Origin: Kiritimatiellia bacterium
GTDB taxonomy: Bacteria > Verrucomicrobiota > Kiritimatiellia > RFP12 > UBA1067
Direction: 5' to 3'
Assembly: GCA_050949565.1 (NCBI GenBank)
Contig: JBMNFY010000008.1
Coordinates: 128,001-192,000 of the forward strand
Length of the DNA: 64,000 nt
The first letter of the stretch is position 1. Every line of letters starts with the position of its first letter. Under the pieces are notes generated by a model. The model made no database searches. It was given only the letters and a program-made list of their open reading frames with translations, and had not been told where the DNA came from. The position numbers were made by a program, and so were the translations under genes. Below are positions 1 to 11,067 of this stretch, piece by piece.

Positions 1-1386
1 GAGTAGACGGTCACCGCCGTGCCGGTAGATATCAGGGTGTTTCCAGAAGACGCTCTCCGCGCGTACCGGACCTTCGGGACAGGGCACCAGCACGTAGAGG
101 TTCTGGCCCTTGTAGGCGCGCCGTACCGAACCCACGTGCAGGTCCATGTTCGCCACCAACCGCTCGCCGGTGTAGTTGCGCAGCAGATCAAGTCCAGCGT
201 AACCAAGCACGAAGACGCGCCCATATTTGGTACGCGCATTGACGTACTCCTCCACCTCCCGGCAGATCTGCTCGCGCGGCACCACCGCAACAGGCGCAGG
301 CGCACTACCCAGCCACAATGTGGTGAGCCAGACAAAAAGGGCCAACGCAACCGCCAAGCGGTAAACCGGTTGCCGCAGGCGCGCCAACACAATCATCAGT
401 ATCGAAAGGAAGCACACGTGAAGCGTAGGTGCGTCCCATCCCAGACCGAAACGCCCCAGCACCTCGGTCGTGCAGACGAGCATCAGAGCGAACGAGATCA
501 GAATGACCGAAGCCGCATGCGGACCGGCGCCGGTCTCGGCACGCTGCGCATCGCACAGCCACGTCAGGAACAGCGCGGGCAGCATCATCGCCCCCGGCAA
601 CAGCATGGCCAGCGAAAAACGGGCAGGGTTCGGCACCAAGACATGCAGCGAGCGCAGGAAAAAGAGCGCGTCGCCCAGAATCAAACGGTTCAGCAACAGC
701 CAGACGCCGGACATGTAGAGCAACGGCAGGCAACCGAGCAAGAACCACGCTTGAACGCGCCGCCGCGACTCGTCATCGCCGCAGGCCGCCAGTGGTATCA
801 GCGCCACAGCGACACACGCAGGCGCGAAAAAGGGAAATCCGCACAGCACAAGAAAGGCACCCGCCGTACCGGCTGCCACCACATCGCGCAAACGGCGGAA
901 GGCAGCCCAGTCGGCCAGCGAAGCCGCCGTCAGCAGGACGAGTCCCATCGTGAGCGGCGTGGTGAACTGCAACGCCTGCGGCTGACGCGCCACGATCATC
1001 ATCGCAGCAATGGCGGCCTGGGCCAGCACAATGCGCCAGCCCGACTGGCCGGTAGCCTTGACCGCCTCACGTACCGCCCAAAACGCGAAGAGCCACGCTA
1101 CAAAAAAGGCCACCCAGCCGGCCAACGGCTCCGACAGGAGCCACGCGAACGGCAGATAAACCAAAACCGGCAACGGGGCCGTCCAGCACGAACCGAAGAG
1201 CGCCTGACGCCCCTGGGTCGTACCCGCAAGCAGTTCACGACAGATGCCGGCCACCTGTGCGCCCGGTTCCCACGCCCCATCGTTCAGGCGCGCGAACGCC
1301 AACAACACGCCAGCCAGCACCACGGGCGTCACGAACCCCGTCAGCATGCGGACCCTGCGGTAACTTGTTCGATCTCCAGATTTCAT
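1..1386 (-). CDS. Multi-pass membrane protein (possible GT-C-like glycosyltransferase or polysaccharide-synthesis partner); 3' end runs off the window
   Basis: Not in the ORF track because it has no stop in the window. Manual translation from ATG 1386 (MKSGDRTSYRRVRMLTGFVTPVVLAGVLLAFARL...) is open to position 1, with ~10 hydrophobic segments and a soluble C-terminal part. Lies directly downstream of a GT2 gene. Confidence 0.75.
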   Translation of the reverse strand, partial: MKSGDRTSYRRVRMLTGFVTPVVLAGVLLAFARLNDGAWEPGAQVAGICRELLAGTTQGRQALFGSCWTAPLPVLVYLPFAWLLSEPLAGWVAFFVAWLFAFWAVREAVKATGQSGWRIVLAQAAIAAMMIVARQPQALQFTTPLTMGLVLLTAASLADWAAFRRLRDVVAAGTAGAFLVLCGFPFFAPACVAVALIPLAACGDDESRRRVQAWFLLGCLPLLYMSGVWLLLNRLILGDALFFLRSLHVLVPNPARFSLAMLLPGAMMLPALFLTWLCDAQRAETGAGPHAASVILISFALMLVCTTEVLGRFGLGWDAPTLHVCFLSILMIVLARLRQPVYRLAVALALFVWLTTLWLGSAPAPVAVVPREQICREVEEYVNARTKYGRVFVLGYAGLDLLRNYTGERLVANMDLHVGSVRRAYKGQNLYVLVPCPEGPVRAESVFWKHPDIYRHGGDRLL

Positions 1387-1394
1387 TCCGATAG

Positions 1395-1430
1395 CCTATT
1401 GCCTACTGCCTATTGCCATTGCCTACTGCT
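1395..1430. repeat. Short heptamer tandem repeat (TGCCTAY-type)
   Basis: gcctatt gcctact gcctatt gccatt gcctact between the two genes. Confidence 0.7.
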
Positions 1431-2880
1431 ACTCACTCGCGCCCTTGACCAACCCGTGCTGCGTTTTCTCCCACACGAACGGATCGTGGAAAAACTGGAA
1501 AAGCGCACGCCAGCCACTATAGCTCATCATCAACCAATAAATCGGCGTCAGCAGCGCCCACCACATGAGGTCGTCATTCTTGCGCTTGCAGCAACCGAGC
1601 AGATTGATGTAGATGAAAACAAAGTTGCCGAGGAAGAGGCAACCCGCACCAGCCGCAAAGATCGGCCCCGGGAACAGGTGCGAGACCCCCTCGGGCCGGA
1701 ACAAGAACCAGACCAGCGCCATCGCCCAGAAAATCGGATTGATCAGCACCGAGAAGGGGCCGCCGCCGATCAGCAACTGATAATGCAGGAAGTTGACGAA
1801 CCCCAGTTCGCGCGCAAGTTTCCACGGTCGGCGCATATGCACGAACCAAGTCTGGATATACCCCTTCTGCCAACGCGTCCGTTGCTTGATCCAGAAGGGC
1901 AACACACTGCACGCCTCCTCCCAAGTCGTGGTTTCCAGCATGCGTGTGGCATATCCGGCGCGCGCCAGCCGCACGCCGAGATCGCAATCCTCGGTAACAT
2001 TGTAGGCATCCCAACCCATCAGGTCGCGCAGAACATCAATCTTAAAGTGATTCGAGGTGCCGCCCAGCGGAATCACGGCCCTCATTGCGGACAGGCCCGG
2101 CAACTGCAAATCAAACCAGGCCGAGTATTCAGCCGTGAACCAGCGTGTCAGCACATTCTGACGCGGATTATAGTAGTTCAGGCGCGACTGCACGCAGACC
2201 ACATTTTCCGGCGATGCCTCGAAGGCCAGCACCGCCTTTTTGAGTTGATCCGTCTCCGGCATATCCTCGGCATCGTAGATCACCAGATATTCACCCTTGG
2301 CCAGATAGAGACCGATGTTGCACGCCTTGGGCTTAGTGCGCGGGAAAGAGGGCGGGATTTTGGTCACCCGAAAACCGGGCGGCATCGTTAACGTACGCGC
2401 GGCGTCGAGCGTGAGATCGTCGTCCTCCTCCAACAGAAACTGCACGTCCTTTTTATCCGCCGGATAGTCCATCGCAATCAGCGCGTTCAACATCTGCTTG
2501 AGGGTTTCCGGTTCCTTGTACATCGGCACCAGAATCGAGTAGATCGGCCACTCGCGCGGCTCGACGCTCGCGATCTCCTCAGGGGAAAAACGCATGATCG
2601 CCGACGGCGAAAGCGAGGCACGGATCACAGCAAACTTATACAGCGTGCTGATCACGTAAAAAAGCGTGCAAAAGCCAATCAGTATCTGCGCGGTCCGCAG
2701 CGGCGCAAAGATAAGCGCCACGACGATCACCAGCACGATCGCGACAATCGCCCGCTTCTGCTGACGCGTCATCGGCTGCGCGGCACTCCACTCCGGGCGA
2801 CGGCGCGCCAATTCAAGCGGATCAATATCCGCGATGTTCTTCACCGCTTCCCCCTTTTGTCGTCCAACACCGGTATCCAT
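1429..2880 (-). CDS. Family 2 glycosyltransferase, membrane-bound (cellulose-synthase-like / NfrB-like)
   Basis: Motifs ILVPMYKE, TKPKACN, YDAED, GGTSNHF, VTEDCDLG, QRTRW (QxxRW); N- and C-terminal TM helices. Confidence 0.9.
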   Translation of the reverse strand: MDTGVGRQKGEAVKNIADIDPLELARRRPEWSAAQPMTRQQKRAIVAIVLVIVVALIFAPLRTAQILIGFCTLFYVISTLYKFAVIRASLSPSAIMRFSPEEIASVEPREWPIYSILVPMYKEPETLKQMLNALIAMDYPADKKDVQFLLEEDDDLTLDAARTLTMPPGFRVTKIPPSFPRTKPKACNIGLYLAKGEYLVIYDAEDMPETDQLKKAVLAFEASPENVVCVQSRLNYYNPRQNVLTRWFTAEYSAWFDLQLPGLSAMRAVIPLGGTSNHFKIDVLRDLMGWDAYNVTEDCDLGVRLARAGYATRMLETTTWEEACSVLPFWIKQRTRWQKGYIQTWFVHMRRPWKLARELGFVNFLHYQLLIGGGPFSVLINPIFWAMALVWFLFRPEGVSHLFPGPIFAAGAGCLFLGNFVFIYINLLGCCKRKNDDLMWWALLTPIYWLMMSYSGWRALFQFFHDPFVWEKTQHGLVKGASE

Positions 2881-2983
2881 TGCTTACGGCCAATCCTCAT
2901 TGACTCATTAAAGATTTGGCGCAAGTGTACCATGTCTGCGCCATTCTGACCAGACGGCAAACTTACTTCAACTTGTTTTCGGG

Positions 2984-4818
2984 CTATGGATGGGGACGGT
3001 CAACACGGCGCCAATCCCCTGCAGGCACGTCGACCCCCTCAAAGACATAAGGGGCCGAACCGTGATTGACCACCACGCGCGTTCCTTGGGAATAGGTCGT
3101 CAGCGAAACCGTCGGAGTCAGCAGACGATGGTCGTCCATCAATGCGAATTGGAGGTCGGCGAGTTTCTCGAACTCGTCGTACCCCTTCTTGATGGCGGCG
3201 ACACCGGCTCGAAGCTCCTCATCGGTCGCACAGGTCAGGTCTTCCTTGCCCATCCAATTTGACTTTCCGGTGAGGAAGTTTGCGTACCACACGAAGAGCG
3301 GGCGCCCGCCGAACTCAATGAACTTGAGCCGCTTGTGCGGCGCCTTGATGGGATAGTTGAGTGTGCCGGTGAAGGGATTCGACAGGATGATGCCGTGGTA
3401 GACCAGTTGGAAGAGTGGCACGTGGCGATCCACCAAAGGCGTCTTCGCGTAATCGTTCGGTTCAAGCGGGAAGAAGTAGACGTACATGCAATAGTCGAGG
3501 TTACCCGCAAAACCGTCAAACGGCCCCTCGCTCTGCGTACCACCCACGGCGTCGCGCGTCACTTCCATCTGTTTCACGTACCAATCTAGGCTCTGGCGCG
3601 GGTTACAAGGATGGCGCGGATCATAGCAGATGCGCGGCTCGAGAATGGAATACACGTCGTGGTAGTGCAGTCCGCGGAAACCGAGATCCTTCATCATCTG
3701 CATGTTCTTGCGGGCGTAACGCTCATAGGCGCGCTGCGGACAGATTCGGAAAGCCTGTCCGCCACCCCAGGCCGTATGACTCGGCTGCAACGAGCCATCC
3801 TTTTCTTTAAGCAGATACTCCTCATCGAAGTCATCGGCAATCATATAGGCGCTAAAGAAGCAGGTATGACAGACGATCTGAAACCCCAGCGCGTTGGCTT
3901 CCGCAATCAGTGCGCGTAGCCTCGCTTCTCCACCCAGAACCGGCTCACCGGAAAGAGCTGCGGGTAGGCGCCGTCGTGCCCGCCCTTGTTCCAGCCCACA
4001 AGGCATATTTCCGCATGGTCGATCCCCTGGCGCTTGAACTCGCGGAGGATGTCGCCGCAGCGATCGAACGTGACAGCGGGATGGACGGGCGGTTCGTTTA
4101 AACGGGTCTGGAACGGTACGGGCGACGGCACCGGCTTCCACGCCTGACGCACGCGCACTTCAATGTTGGTGGCAGCAAGCGCAAGCTCGGGCTGGGACTT
4201 CATCCGTTCAAGAATCGGCTTGCAGGCGCCGCGGGACAACTGCCAATCACGGTACACGCGCGCCATCTGCGGATACTCCGCATCCAATGGCAGGAACGTG
4301 AACGCAATCTCAAAATCCTCATATGGCGCGTCACCTTTCAGGTGGTAGGTCGTATACATCCGGTAGGTGCCCGCCTCGGCCTTCACACGCGTCGAATAAC
4401 GCCATTGCATGGACTTCGCGATGGCGGCGAAAACGCAGGAGGGCGTCTTCATCCCGTAAAAAGGCATGTAGTTCCGGCCCTCAGTGGAGGCCACTTGCCC
4501 GGCTCGTTCGCGGAACGTCCCCAGACGCCCGTCAGGCAGCAAGAAGTATCCCGCATCGCCCTTCTTCGCCGCCGCGAAGTTTGGCCACAGCTCAACCCGC
4601 AAGCATCCCGCACCAATCCGGTCCGCTGGAATCATCAGTGACGCGGTATTGCCGCTGACAACCAACTCGACAATGTTGGTGTCAGCGCGACCGTCCGTGA
4701 AAACACGGACAACCTTCACATGACAGTCATGGGGCACCACCCCGCCGGCCACAAGAACGGCAGGAATAGCACCCAAAAGACAAACGGCCAGAAAACGAAG
4801 TCGGTGAGTTCGACACAT
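2984..4818 (-). pseudogene. Secreted DUF5696-like / GH101-like TIM-barrel glycoside hydrolase, split by a 1-nt frameshift near 3947 (pseudogene or sequencing error)
   Basis: ATG 4818 with GGAGG RBS and signal peptide. The frame reads ...GWNKGGHDGAYPQLFPV and continues in another frame as EPVLGGEARLRALIAEANALGFQIVCH...GFRGLHYHD...QSEG. One extra G in GTG(G)AG would join the two ORFs. Confidence 0.75.
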
Positions 4819-4954
4819 GCTTGAATCCTCCGTTGGGGGAAACGGCACCACTTTACAGCTTGGGAAACCCGATCAAAAACGGGACGTGCGAACGAACCGG
4901 AGTGCGGTGCCGCGCTACGCCCGTCACCGCACCCCTCAAGTGCGCCGATCCATC

Positions 4955-4990
4955 GTTCGGCGTTCGATGTTCAGAGTCCGACGTTCGGCG
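4955..4990. repeat. Heptamer tandem repeat (GTTCRRY-type)
   Basis: gttcggc gttcgat gttcaga gtccgac gttcggc. Confidence 0.65.
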
Positions 4991-4999
4991 CCCCTTCCC

Positions 5000-6328
5000 C
5001 TACCCGTTCAGCGTCCAGCCGGCGCGGTATTCGCGCTTGAGCAACGCATCGGCTTCGGCGCTGTTCGTCACACGGCCGGCCTTGCCGTCATAGTCGAGCT
5101 TCTTACCGACCCGGTAGGCCACCAGACCGAGGCACATCTGTTCGATCATGTCCGCGCTGTATTCGAAGTCGCACGCCGTCTTGAGCGACGGGTTCTTACA
5201 GGCCTTGATCCACTGCTTCTGGAAGTGTCCCACCGGGGGCAGCAACGCCTCTTTGGCGCGCGGTTTGTAATAGGAGAGACTGCCATCCTTGCCCAGCGGG
5301 ATCAGCACACGCGAAGTGAAGTCCGCCACCAAAATGCCTTCGGTGCCCTTGAACATCGCGCCGTGACCGATCTTGTTGATGTCCACGTACGAGCTGGGCG
5401 GATTCGGCATGGCGCCACCCTGATACCACGAGATGCTGATCGGGCCGCGCCAACTGTTGGCGGGATGCTCGAAGCGCATCTCGGCCTTGACCGGCGTCAC
5501 GTCGGGATTGAACGGATCACCCTTGGCTTCAGCGGAAGTCGGTAGACCGCAATCGACCGCATTCCACAGGAGGTCCATCGTGTGGCTGCCCATGTCGCCG
5601 ATCTGACCGGTGCCGAAGTCCCAGTACATGTTCCACTTCAGGCAGTTCGCGCCCGGACCGCCAGCAAAGTACTCGGGGTTGTAGGGATGATCGGTTTTGA
5701 CCGGCCCCAGCCACAAGTCATAATGCAGGCCGGCCGGCGGCGAACCCGCAGCGGGGAGGTAACCGGGTTTGGGAATCTGGCGGTTGCCCCACGCATACGC
5801 ACTCTTCAACTCACCGATCGCGCCGTCGCGCAGCATTTCGGCGATCCGGTTGAAGTTATCGTGCGCATGACGCTGCATGCCGACCTGCGTCGCAAGCTTG
5901 TTCTTCTTGGGCAGCCAGTTGGCGCGAACCACGCGCGCCTCTTCCACGGTGATGCCGAGCGGCTTCTCAAGGTAGACGTGCATATTGCGGTTCAACGCCC
6001 AGTTGGCAATAAAGGCGTGCGTGAAGTCGGTCGTGCAGATGACCACCGCATCAATGTCTTTTTGCTCTAGGCATTTCCGCCAGTCAACGTACGTCTTCGC
6101 CTTCGGAAAACGTTTGACCGCGTCCGCCAGATTACGCTCCCAGCAGTCGCACAGCGCCACGACATTCTCATCCGCGATGGAATCGAAGTGCGCCAGCCCC
6201 CGGCCCCATGTGCCGATCAACGCGATGTTGAGCTTGTTGCTCGCCGCATTCGCGCGCAGTCCACCCGGCAGGAGGATCAACCCCGCGCCAGTCGTGACCG
6301 CCGATTTCAGGAATTCCCTGCGTTTCAT
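5000..6328 (-). CDS. Tat-exported Gfo/Idh/MocA family oxidoreductase
   Basis: MKRREFLK twin-arginine signal; IALIGTWGRG Rossmann motif, HVYLEKP, DLWLGP, IGDMGSH. Confidence 0.9.
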   Translation of the reverse strand: MKRREFLKSAVTTGAGLILLPGGLRANAASNKLNIALIGTWGRGLAHFDSIADENVVALCDCWERNLADAVKRFPKAKTYVDWRKCLEQKDIDAVVICTTDFTHAFIANWALNRNMHVYLEKPLGITVEEARVVRANWLPKKNKLATQVGMQRHAHDNFNRIAEMLRDGAIGELKSAYAWGNRQIPKPGYLPAAGSPPAGLHYDLWLGPVKTDHPYNPEYFAGGPGANCLKWNMYWDFGTGQIGDMGSHTMDLLWNAVDCGLPTSAEAKGDPFNPDVTPVKAEMRFEHPANSWRGPISISWYQGGAMPNPPSSYVDINKIGHGAMFKGTEGILVADFTSRVLIPLGKDGSLSYYKPRAKEALLPPVGHFQKQWIKACKNPSLKTACDFEYSADMIEQMCLGLVAYRVGKKLDYDGKAGRVTNSAEADALLKREYRAGWTLNG

Positions 6329-6366
6329 TCTTTGTCCTTCGTTGTGTTCGTTGTATGAGTGAATGT

Positions 6367-7518
6367 TTACGCCCACGGCACGCGGAACGTAACCTTCGGT
6401 TTTTCACGCCCCCAGCCGGCCCGCAACCGCGCGTCCAGTTCGGACCACGCGGGCACGCCGCTCGTGGCATCGGGCTGTTCAACACTGGCGGAGCCCACCG
6501 CCACGGCCGACCGCACGCACGCGTCGGGATCGAGGCCCATGGCCACACCGGCCAGCAGCCCCGCGACCGTGCAGTCGCCCGACCCGGTCGTGCCTGCCAC
6601 CTTCGCGTCAAAGCAGGGCGCGAAGAATTCGGCTCCCGCCCAACGCCCGCAGGCCGCCTCGTCAAAGCAGCCGCACGCCGCCAGCCGCTGCGTATCGGTC
6701 GTGACGCGCAGGTAAGCGCCTTGATTGCCGAGCTTGAGCATCACCACGGCCACGCCTAGCGACAGCAGTTCACTGGCCAGCGCGCGCACGTCGTCTTCGA
6801 TCAAGCCGCCCATCGGCACGCCTTCAGCCGCCTTGTTCCGCACCACCAATCCGCGCTCGCGGTGCAGCATGAACACGATTTCGTCCAAGCTGGGTGCGAA
6901 GATATCGACCGAAGGCAACGCCTCTTCCAGGATGGCGCGCCAATCCGCCTCGCCCGAGGGCGAGGCAGGATCGGGTAACGCCATGTCCAGCGATGTGGTC
7001 AGGCCACATCCTTTGACCTTCTGGAAGAGGCGCGCCAGCTCATCCTTACGGCTATAGAACGCGCGCATCAGCGGCGGATAGCCAAAGTGGAAGAGTTGCA
7101 TGTCGGCCAGCAGTGACGGCGTCACGTCATCGGCGCCGAAGGTGTCGTTCGCGCCGGGGCAGTGCAGGAAGATACGGTCGATCCCCGGAGGGCTGATCAC
7201 CACCGTGTAGGAGGTGGCGACCGACGGATCCACGATCATCGTTTCGACCAGCGTCTCATCCAGACGCCGGAAGTAATCGCGCACCGCCATGCCGAACGCA
7301 TCGTCCCCGACCTTGCCCATCAGCCGCACCGGCAGCCCCAGACGCTTCAACGCCAGACCGGTATTGGATACCGCCCCGCCGGTCGAGAGCACCGCCGGCC
7401 CCATCTCCACCAACTTGCCGGGCTGCATCACCGCGTCAATCGTCGGTGCGCCGCGCAGGAAGGTCGGGATGATATCGAGGCAGACGTGCCCCGCCGCCAC
7501 AATTTTCAGGCCGCTCAT
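6367..7518 (-). CDS. PfkB family carbohydrate kinase
   Basis: Start trimmed to MSGLKIVAAGHVCLD; GGAVSNTG, GKVGDDAFG, GTTGSGD motifs. Confidence 0.88.
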   Translation of the reverse strand: MSGLKIVAAGHVCLDIIPTFLRGAPTIDAVMQPGKLVEMGPAVLSTGGAVSNTGLALKRLGLPVRLMGKVGDDAFGMAVRDYFRRLDETLVETMIVDPSVATSYTVVISPPGIDRIFLHCPGANDTFGADDVTPSLLADMQLFHFGYPPLMRAFYSRKDELARLFQKVKGCGLTTSLDMALPDPASPSGEADWRAILEEALPSVDIFAPSLDEIVFMLHRERGLVVRNKAAEGVPMGGLIEDDVRALASELLSLGVAVVMLKLGNQGAYLRVTTDTQRLAACGCFDEAACGRWAGAEFFAPCFDAKVAGTTGSGDCTVAGLLAGVAMGLDPDACVRSAVAVGSASVEQPDATSGVPAWSELDARLRAGWGREKPKVTFRVPWA

Positions 7519-7529
7519 CGTGTGAATCC

Positions 7530-8459
7530 TCAGTGCATGTCCACGACCACCTCGCCGATGCCGCTGCGCAGGTAGTTGAACTGGACATTGGGGTGATCCG
7601 CCAACAGCGACATCGGCACGCTGCTGTCCGGAATGCGCTTCGAGATCATCAGCGCGGAGAGCCGGATACCGAACGGGTTGTCGTGGTGACCGGGATGCCA
7701 GATCGAAACCTTGGCCGACTTCCACGTCTCCACCGGACCGACTGTCGACGCGCGCGTCGGCACCAGAGCAACGTTGCCGCCGCCCGAGGTACGCGCGTTC
7801 TGGATGACCGTGACAGGATGCAGATCAACGAGACGCGTGGCGAGCTTGCGATACTCCTCCGGCGACGGCGGCGCATCCGCATAGGCACCTTCGCGCTTGA
7901 CCGGGTCATTGAAGGCCCAGTGCTTGATCTCGCCCTGACCGCCCTGCATCAGCAGACATTTGATTTCGTCGAAGGAGCGGGTGAAGGCCGCAAGATCGCC
8001 GGTCGGGAAGTGCATATTCTCAGCGGGCATGCGCAGCTCCGGCTTGATCCGGTCGAAACACATCTCGCGGTCGCACTTGGAGAAGGAAAGCGGATGATCG
8101 GTCGAGACGATTTTGCCATTTTCGACCCATTCGTCCATCCCCCAGAAATGCGCGTCGCGCAGGTTCAACCCGATCGCGTTCACAATGCGGGCCACCAGCG
8201 GCAAATGCTCAGTCGGGCCGATCGGGCCGCACACGCCGGTCGGATTGTCGGGCGTGGCCTGTTGCCAGGCCTCGATGTACTCTAACGCCTCGGCCGTGTA
8301 AAACTCCTCGACTGTGTCGTAGATGCAGACTTTGAATCCCGGACGCGAAAGCTGCTCAAGATCCTTGGCGGTGAGCGCCGCCGCATCGTTCAGAATCTCG
8401 CTGTCCAATGTCGTGTAGTCCCACCATCCGGGGGCCAGTTTACTGATCGCTCGTGCCAT
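7530..8459 (-). CDS. Glucosamine-6-phosphate isomerase/deaminase (NagB-like) family protein
   Basis: [39 protein letters not shown]. Confidence 0.8.
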   Translation of the reverse strand: MARAISKLAPGWWDYTTLDSEILNDAAALTAKDLEQLSRPGFKVCIYDTVEEFYTAEALEYIEAWQQATPDNPTGVCGPIGPTEHLPLVARIVNAIGLNLRDAHFWGMDEWVENGKIVSTDHPLSFSKCDREMCFDRIKPELRMPAENMHFPTGDLAAFTRSFDEIKCLLMQGGQGEIKHWAFNDPVKREGAYADAPPSPEEYRKLATRLVDLHPVTVIQNARTSGGGNVALVPTRASTVGPVETWKSAKVSIWHPGHHDNPFGIRLSALMISKRIPDSSVPMSLLADHPNVQFNYLRSGIGEVVVDMH

Positions 8460-9267
8460 CTTTCATCTCCTTGTTTGATTGTTTCAAAAAGGGGGCCAAC
8501 GCTGTCTCCAGCGGCGCATAATCGGCTGCGCAGTACCCCATGTGATTGTGCCGACGCCAGCCCTCTGCGAACTCGCAGCCGCCATAGCGGCGACCGACCT
8601 CGCGCGCCGCATCGACCATACTTTCCACATAGGACCCCATGCCTTGCGTTGCGTCCAACCACTCGCGCTGACTGGTGTGGCAAGCCAGCATCTCGCGCCG
8701 CTGCGCCATCACGCTGCCCACGTCGATGCAGAACTCCGGCCTGACCGGCCTGCACAGCATGTCCATCAGGCTGTGCGGCAACGAATGATAGACCGCCACC
8801 GGCTTGTTGGTAGACGGCAACGGCGGATCAGTCACGTAACTGGGCAGGCAGCGGTTGAACGCAGCGGACGCTGCAAGGCGCGACGCATACTCATGGTCTT
8901 CCATGTAATCGTACATCGAAAGTGTCAGCAGGATGTCGGGACAGACCTTGCGGAACACGGCGGAGGCCTTGGCCAGCGAATCGGCATTATAGAAAAGTCC
9001 CACATCGTCGAAGAGCGACGGGTGCCAGATTGCGCCAGCCACGCGCGCCGCGTCCTGCGCCTCCAGCGCCCGCACGCGCGCCGTTTCTTCTTTGTCATAA
9101 ACCTGCGAGCCGTAACAACCGTTGGCCAAGTTGCAGACGTGGATCTCCGCGCCAGCCTGCTTCAACAGAAGCAGCGTTCCACTCATCATGAACTCAATGT
9201 CGTCCGGGTGCGCGGCCATCGCCAGCGCAATCAGGCGTCCCTCCTTAGGGTTCTCGTTCTGTCCCAT
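8440..9267 (-). CDS. PIG-L/LmbE family N-acetyl-sugar deacetylase
   Basis: AHPDDIE zinc motif, [20 protein letters not shown]. Confidence 0.9.
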   Translation of the reverse strand: MGQNENPKEGRLIALAMAAHPDDIEFMMSGTLLLLKQAGAEIHVCNLANGCYGSQVYDKEETARVRALEAQDAARVAGAIWHPSLFDDVGLFYNADSLAKASAVFRKVCPDILLTLSMYDYMEDHEYASRLAASAAFNRCLPSYVTDPPLPSTNKPVAVYHSLPHSLMDMLCRPVRPEFCIDVGSVMAQRREMLACHTSQREWLDATQGMGSYVESMVDAAREVGRRYGGCEFAEGWRRHNHMGYCAADYAPLETALAPFLKQSNKEMKDGTSDQ

Positions 9268-9282
9268 GCCTATCCTATCCTT

Positions 9283-10383
9283 TCATTTCATTGACAATGG
9301 GGTCACAATCACATGTTCCGGTGCCACCCACACCGACGCCTTCTCGCCTTCACGACTGCGCCCGGCCACCGGATTCAGTTCGACCGCAGTCAGCAAGCAG
9401 GGAGCGGCGCCATCGGCCGACGGTACGCCGATCTGATGCTGCGCGACCTCGCCTAAGTACACACTTTCACAAAAATGTCCGCTGAGCAAATTGTCGGACG
9501 ACGCATCCGGCGGCGGACGCAGGCTTAACGCCTCCGGCCGCAGACAAAGCGTCACGCGATCTCCGGCCGACACCCCCTGCGGCGCACTCGCGGCGTGCAA
9601 CGCCCCGATACGCGTGGACACGCGCACCCCGCGCTCCTCCAGCGCCTCGATCTGCCCATCAATAAACGTGCCCTCACCGATGAACCCCGCGACAAAGCGG
9701 CTGACGGGTGCGCGATAGACCTCTTCCGGCGTGCCGGTCTGTTCAATCACGCCGTCGCGCATCACGGCGAGGCGGTCGGCCACTGAGAGCGCCTCTTTCT
9801 GATCGTGCGTGACATAGACTGCAGTGAGGCCCGCCTGCTTGCAGATACGGCGGATCTCCATGCGCATCTCCAGCCGTAGCTTGGCGTCCAGATTCGAAAG
9901 CGGCTCGTCCAACAGCAGACAGCGCGGGCGGATGACCAGCGCACGCGCCAAGGCCACACGCTGCTGCTGGCCGCCGGAAAGCTGATTGGGGCGCGCCTTA
10001 GCGCGGTCCGCCAGATGGACAAGCTCCAGCGCCTCCCCCACCCGCTTGCGCAACTCAGCGCGCGGCACCTTGCGCATCTCAAGCCCGAAGGCCACATTTT
10101 CCTCGATGGTCATGTGCGGCCACAGCGCGTAACTCTGAAACATCATGCCGGTGTCGCGACGGTACGGCGGCAGCGCAGTCACATCCTCATCGCCGATCAG
10201 GATACGGCCGCTCTCCGGACGGTAAAAACCGGCGATACAACGCAACAGCGTGGTCTTGCCGCAACCACTCGGCCCCAGCAGAAAGAAGAGCTCGCCTGCC
10301 CGCACTTCCAGCGACACCTCCTTCAACGCCGTGTAAGCGCCGAACACCTTGACCACGTTTTCAATCGTGACGGAAACCGCCAT
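9283..10383 (-). CDS. ABC transporter ATP-binding subunit (PotA/FbpC/MalK-like, TOBE C-terminus)
   Basis: Walker A GPSGCGKT, LSGGQQQR signature, LLLDEP, VTHDQ. Confidence 0.92.
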   Translation of the reverse strand: MAVSVTIENVVKVFGAYTALKEVSLEVRAGELFFLLGPSGCGKTTLLRCIAGFYRPESGRILIGDEDVTALPPYRRDTGMMFQSYALWPHMTIEENVAFGLEMRKVPRAELRKRVGEALELVHLADRAKARPNQLSGGQQQRVALARALVIRPRCLLLDEPLSNLDAKLRLEMRMEIRRICKQAGLTAVYVTHDQKEALSVADRLAVMRDGVIEQTGTPEEVYRAPVSRFVAGFIGEGTFIDGQIEALEERGVRVSTRIGALHAASAPQGVSAGDRVTLCLRPEALSLRPPPDASSDNLLSGHFCESVYLGEVAQHQIGVPSADGAAPCLLTAVELNPVAGRSREGEKASVWVAPEHVIVTPLSMK

Positions 10384-10557
10384 CCCGCATCATTCCCTTT
10401 CGCACCGGTTGTGCCCCCTCTCTCATTTTGAAGCCAACACAGTCATCTTTGAAGAGTATCGCTAATTACTGGCTGGACCGCAACCAATTTCGATTGCGGT
10501 CTGCCAGCCCTTTCTGTAACGTATTGGCATTTTTCACTGCTGATACGAGGAGATTTC

Positions 10558-11067
10558 ATGAGCGATTTGTGTCCATGCGGCAGCGGCATCGTCTTCGAAT
10601 CCTGTTGCGAACCTTATCTGATCGAGCGGGAAAAACCCGCAACCGCCGCAGCGTTGATGCGTTCGCGTTACAGTGCATATGCACTGGGCGCGGTCGACTA
10701 CTTATACAAAACCTCAGGACCCAAAGTCCGTAAAGAATTTGATGCCGAGAGCAGTCGCAAGTGGGCGGAATCCGCGACATGGACGGGCATTGAGATCCTC
10801 GAAGAGACCGGGGGGAGCGCCACCGATCAAACCGGAGTCGTAGAGTTCATCGCCCACTACTCGGTCAAGGAGTCTGCATTCGACCACCATGAGCGCGCCG
10901 AGTTTGAAAAGATCAATGGCGAGTGGCGTTTCATCGACGGCCACATCTTCGGCCCCACCCCGATCAGACGCGAGGAACCCAAGATCGGGCGCAACGATCC
11001 CTGCCCATGCGGCAGCGGCAAAAAGTTCAAAAAGTGCTGCGCATTGTCGGCACCGGCAGAATCATGA
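10558..11067 (+). CDS. YchJ family protein with N- and C-terminal SEC-C motifs
   Basis: [45 protein letters not shown]. Confidence 0.9.
   Translation: MSDLCPCGSGIVFESCCEPYLIEREKPATAAALMRSRYSAYALGAVDYLYKTSGPKVRKEFDAESSRKWAESATWTGIEILEETGGSATDQTGVVEFIAHYSVKESAFDHHERAEFEKINGEWRFIDGHIFGPTPIRREEPKIGRNDPCPCGSGKKFKKCCALSAPAES

Noticed and set aside
19-2391. 790-aa plus-strand ORF
   Set aside because: Antisense shadow of two well-supported minus-strand genes; R/Q/H-rich composition with no motifs, as expected in high-GC DNA.
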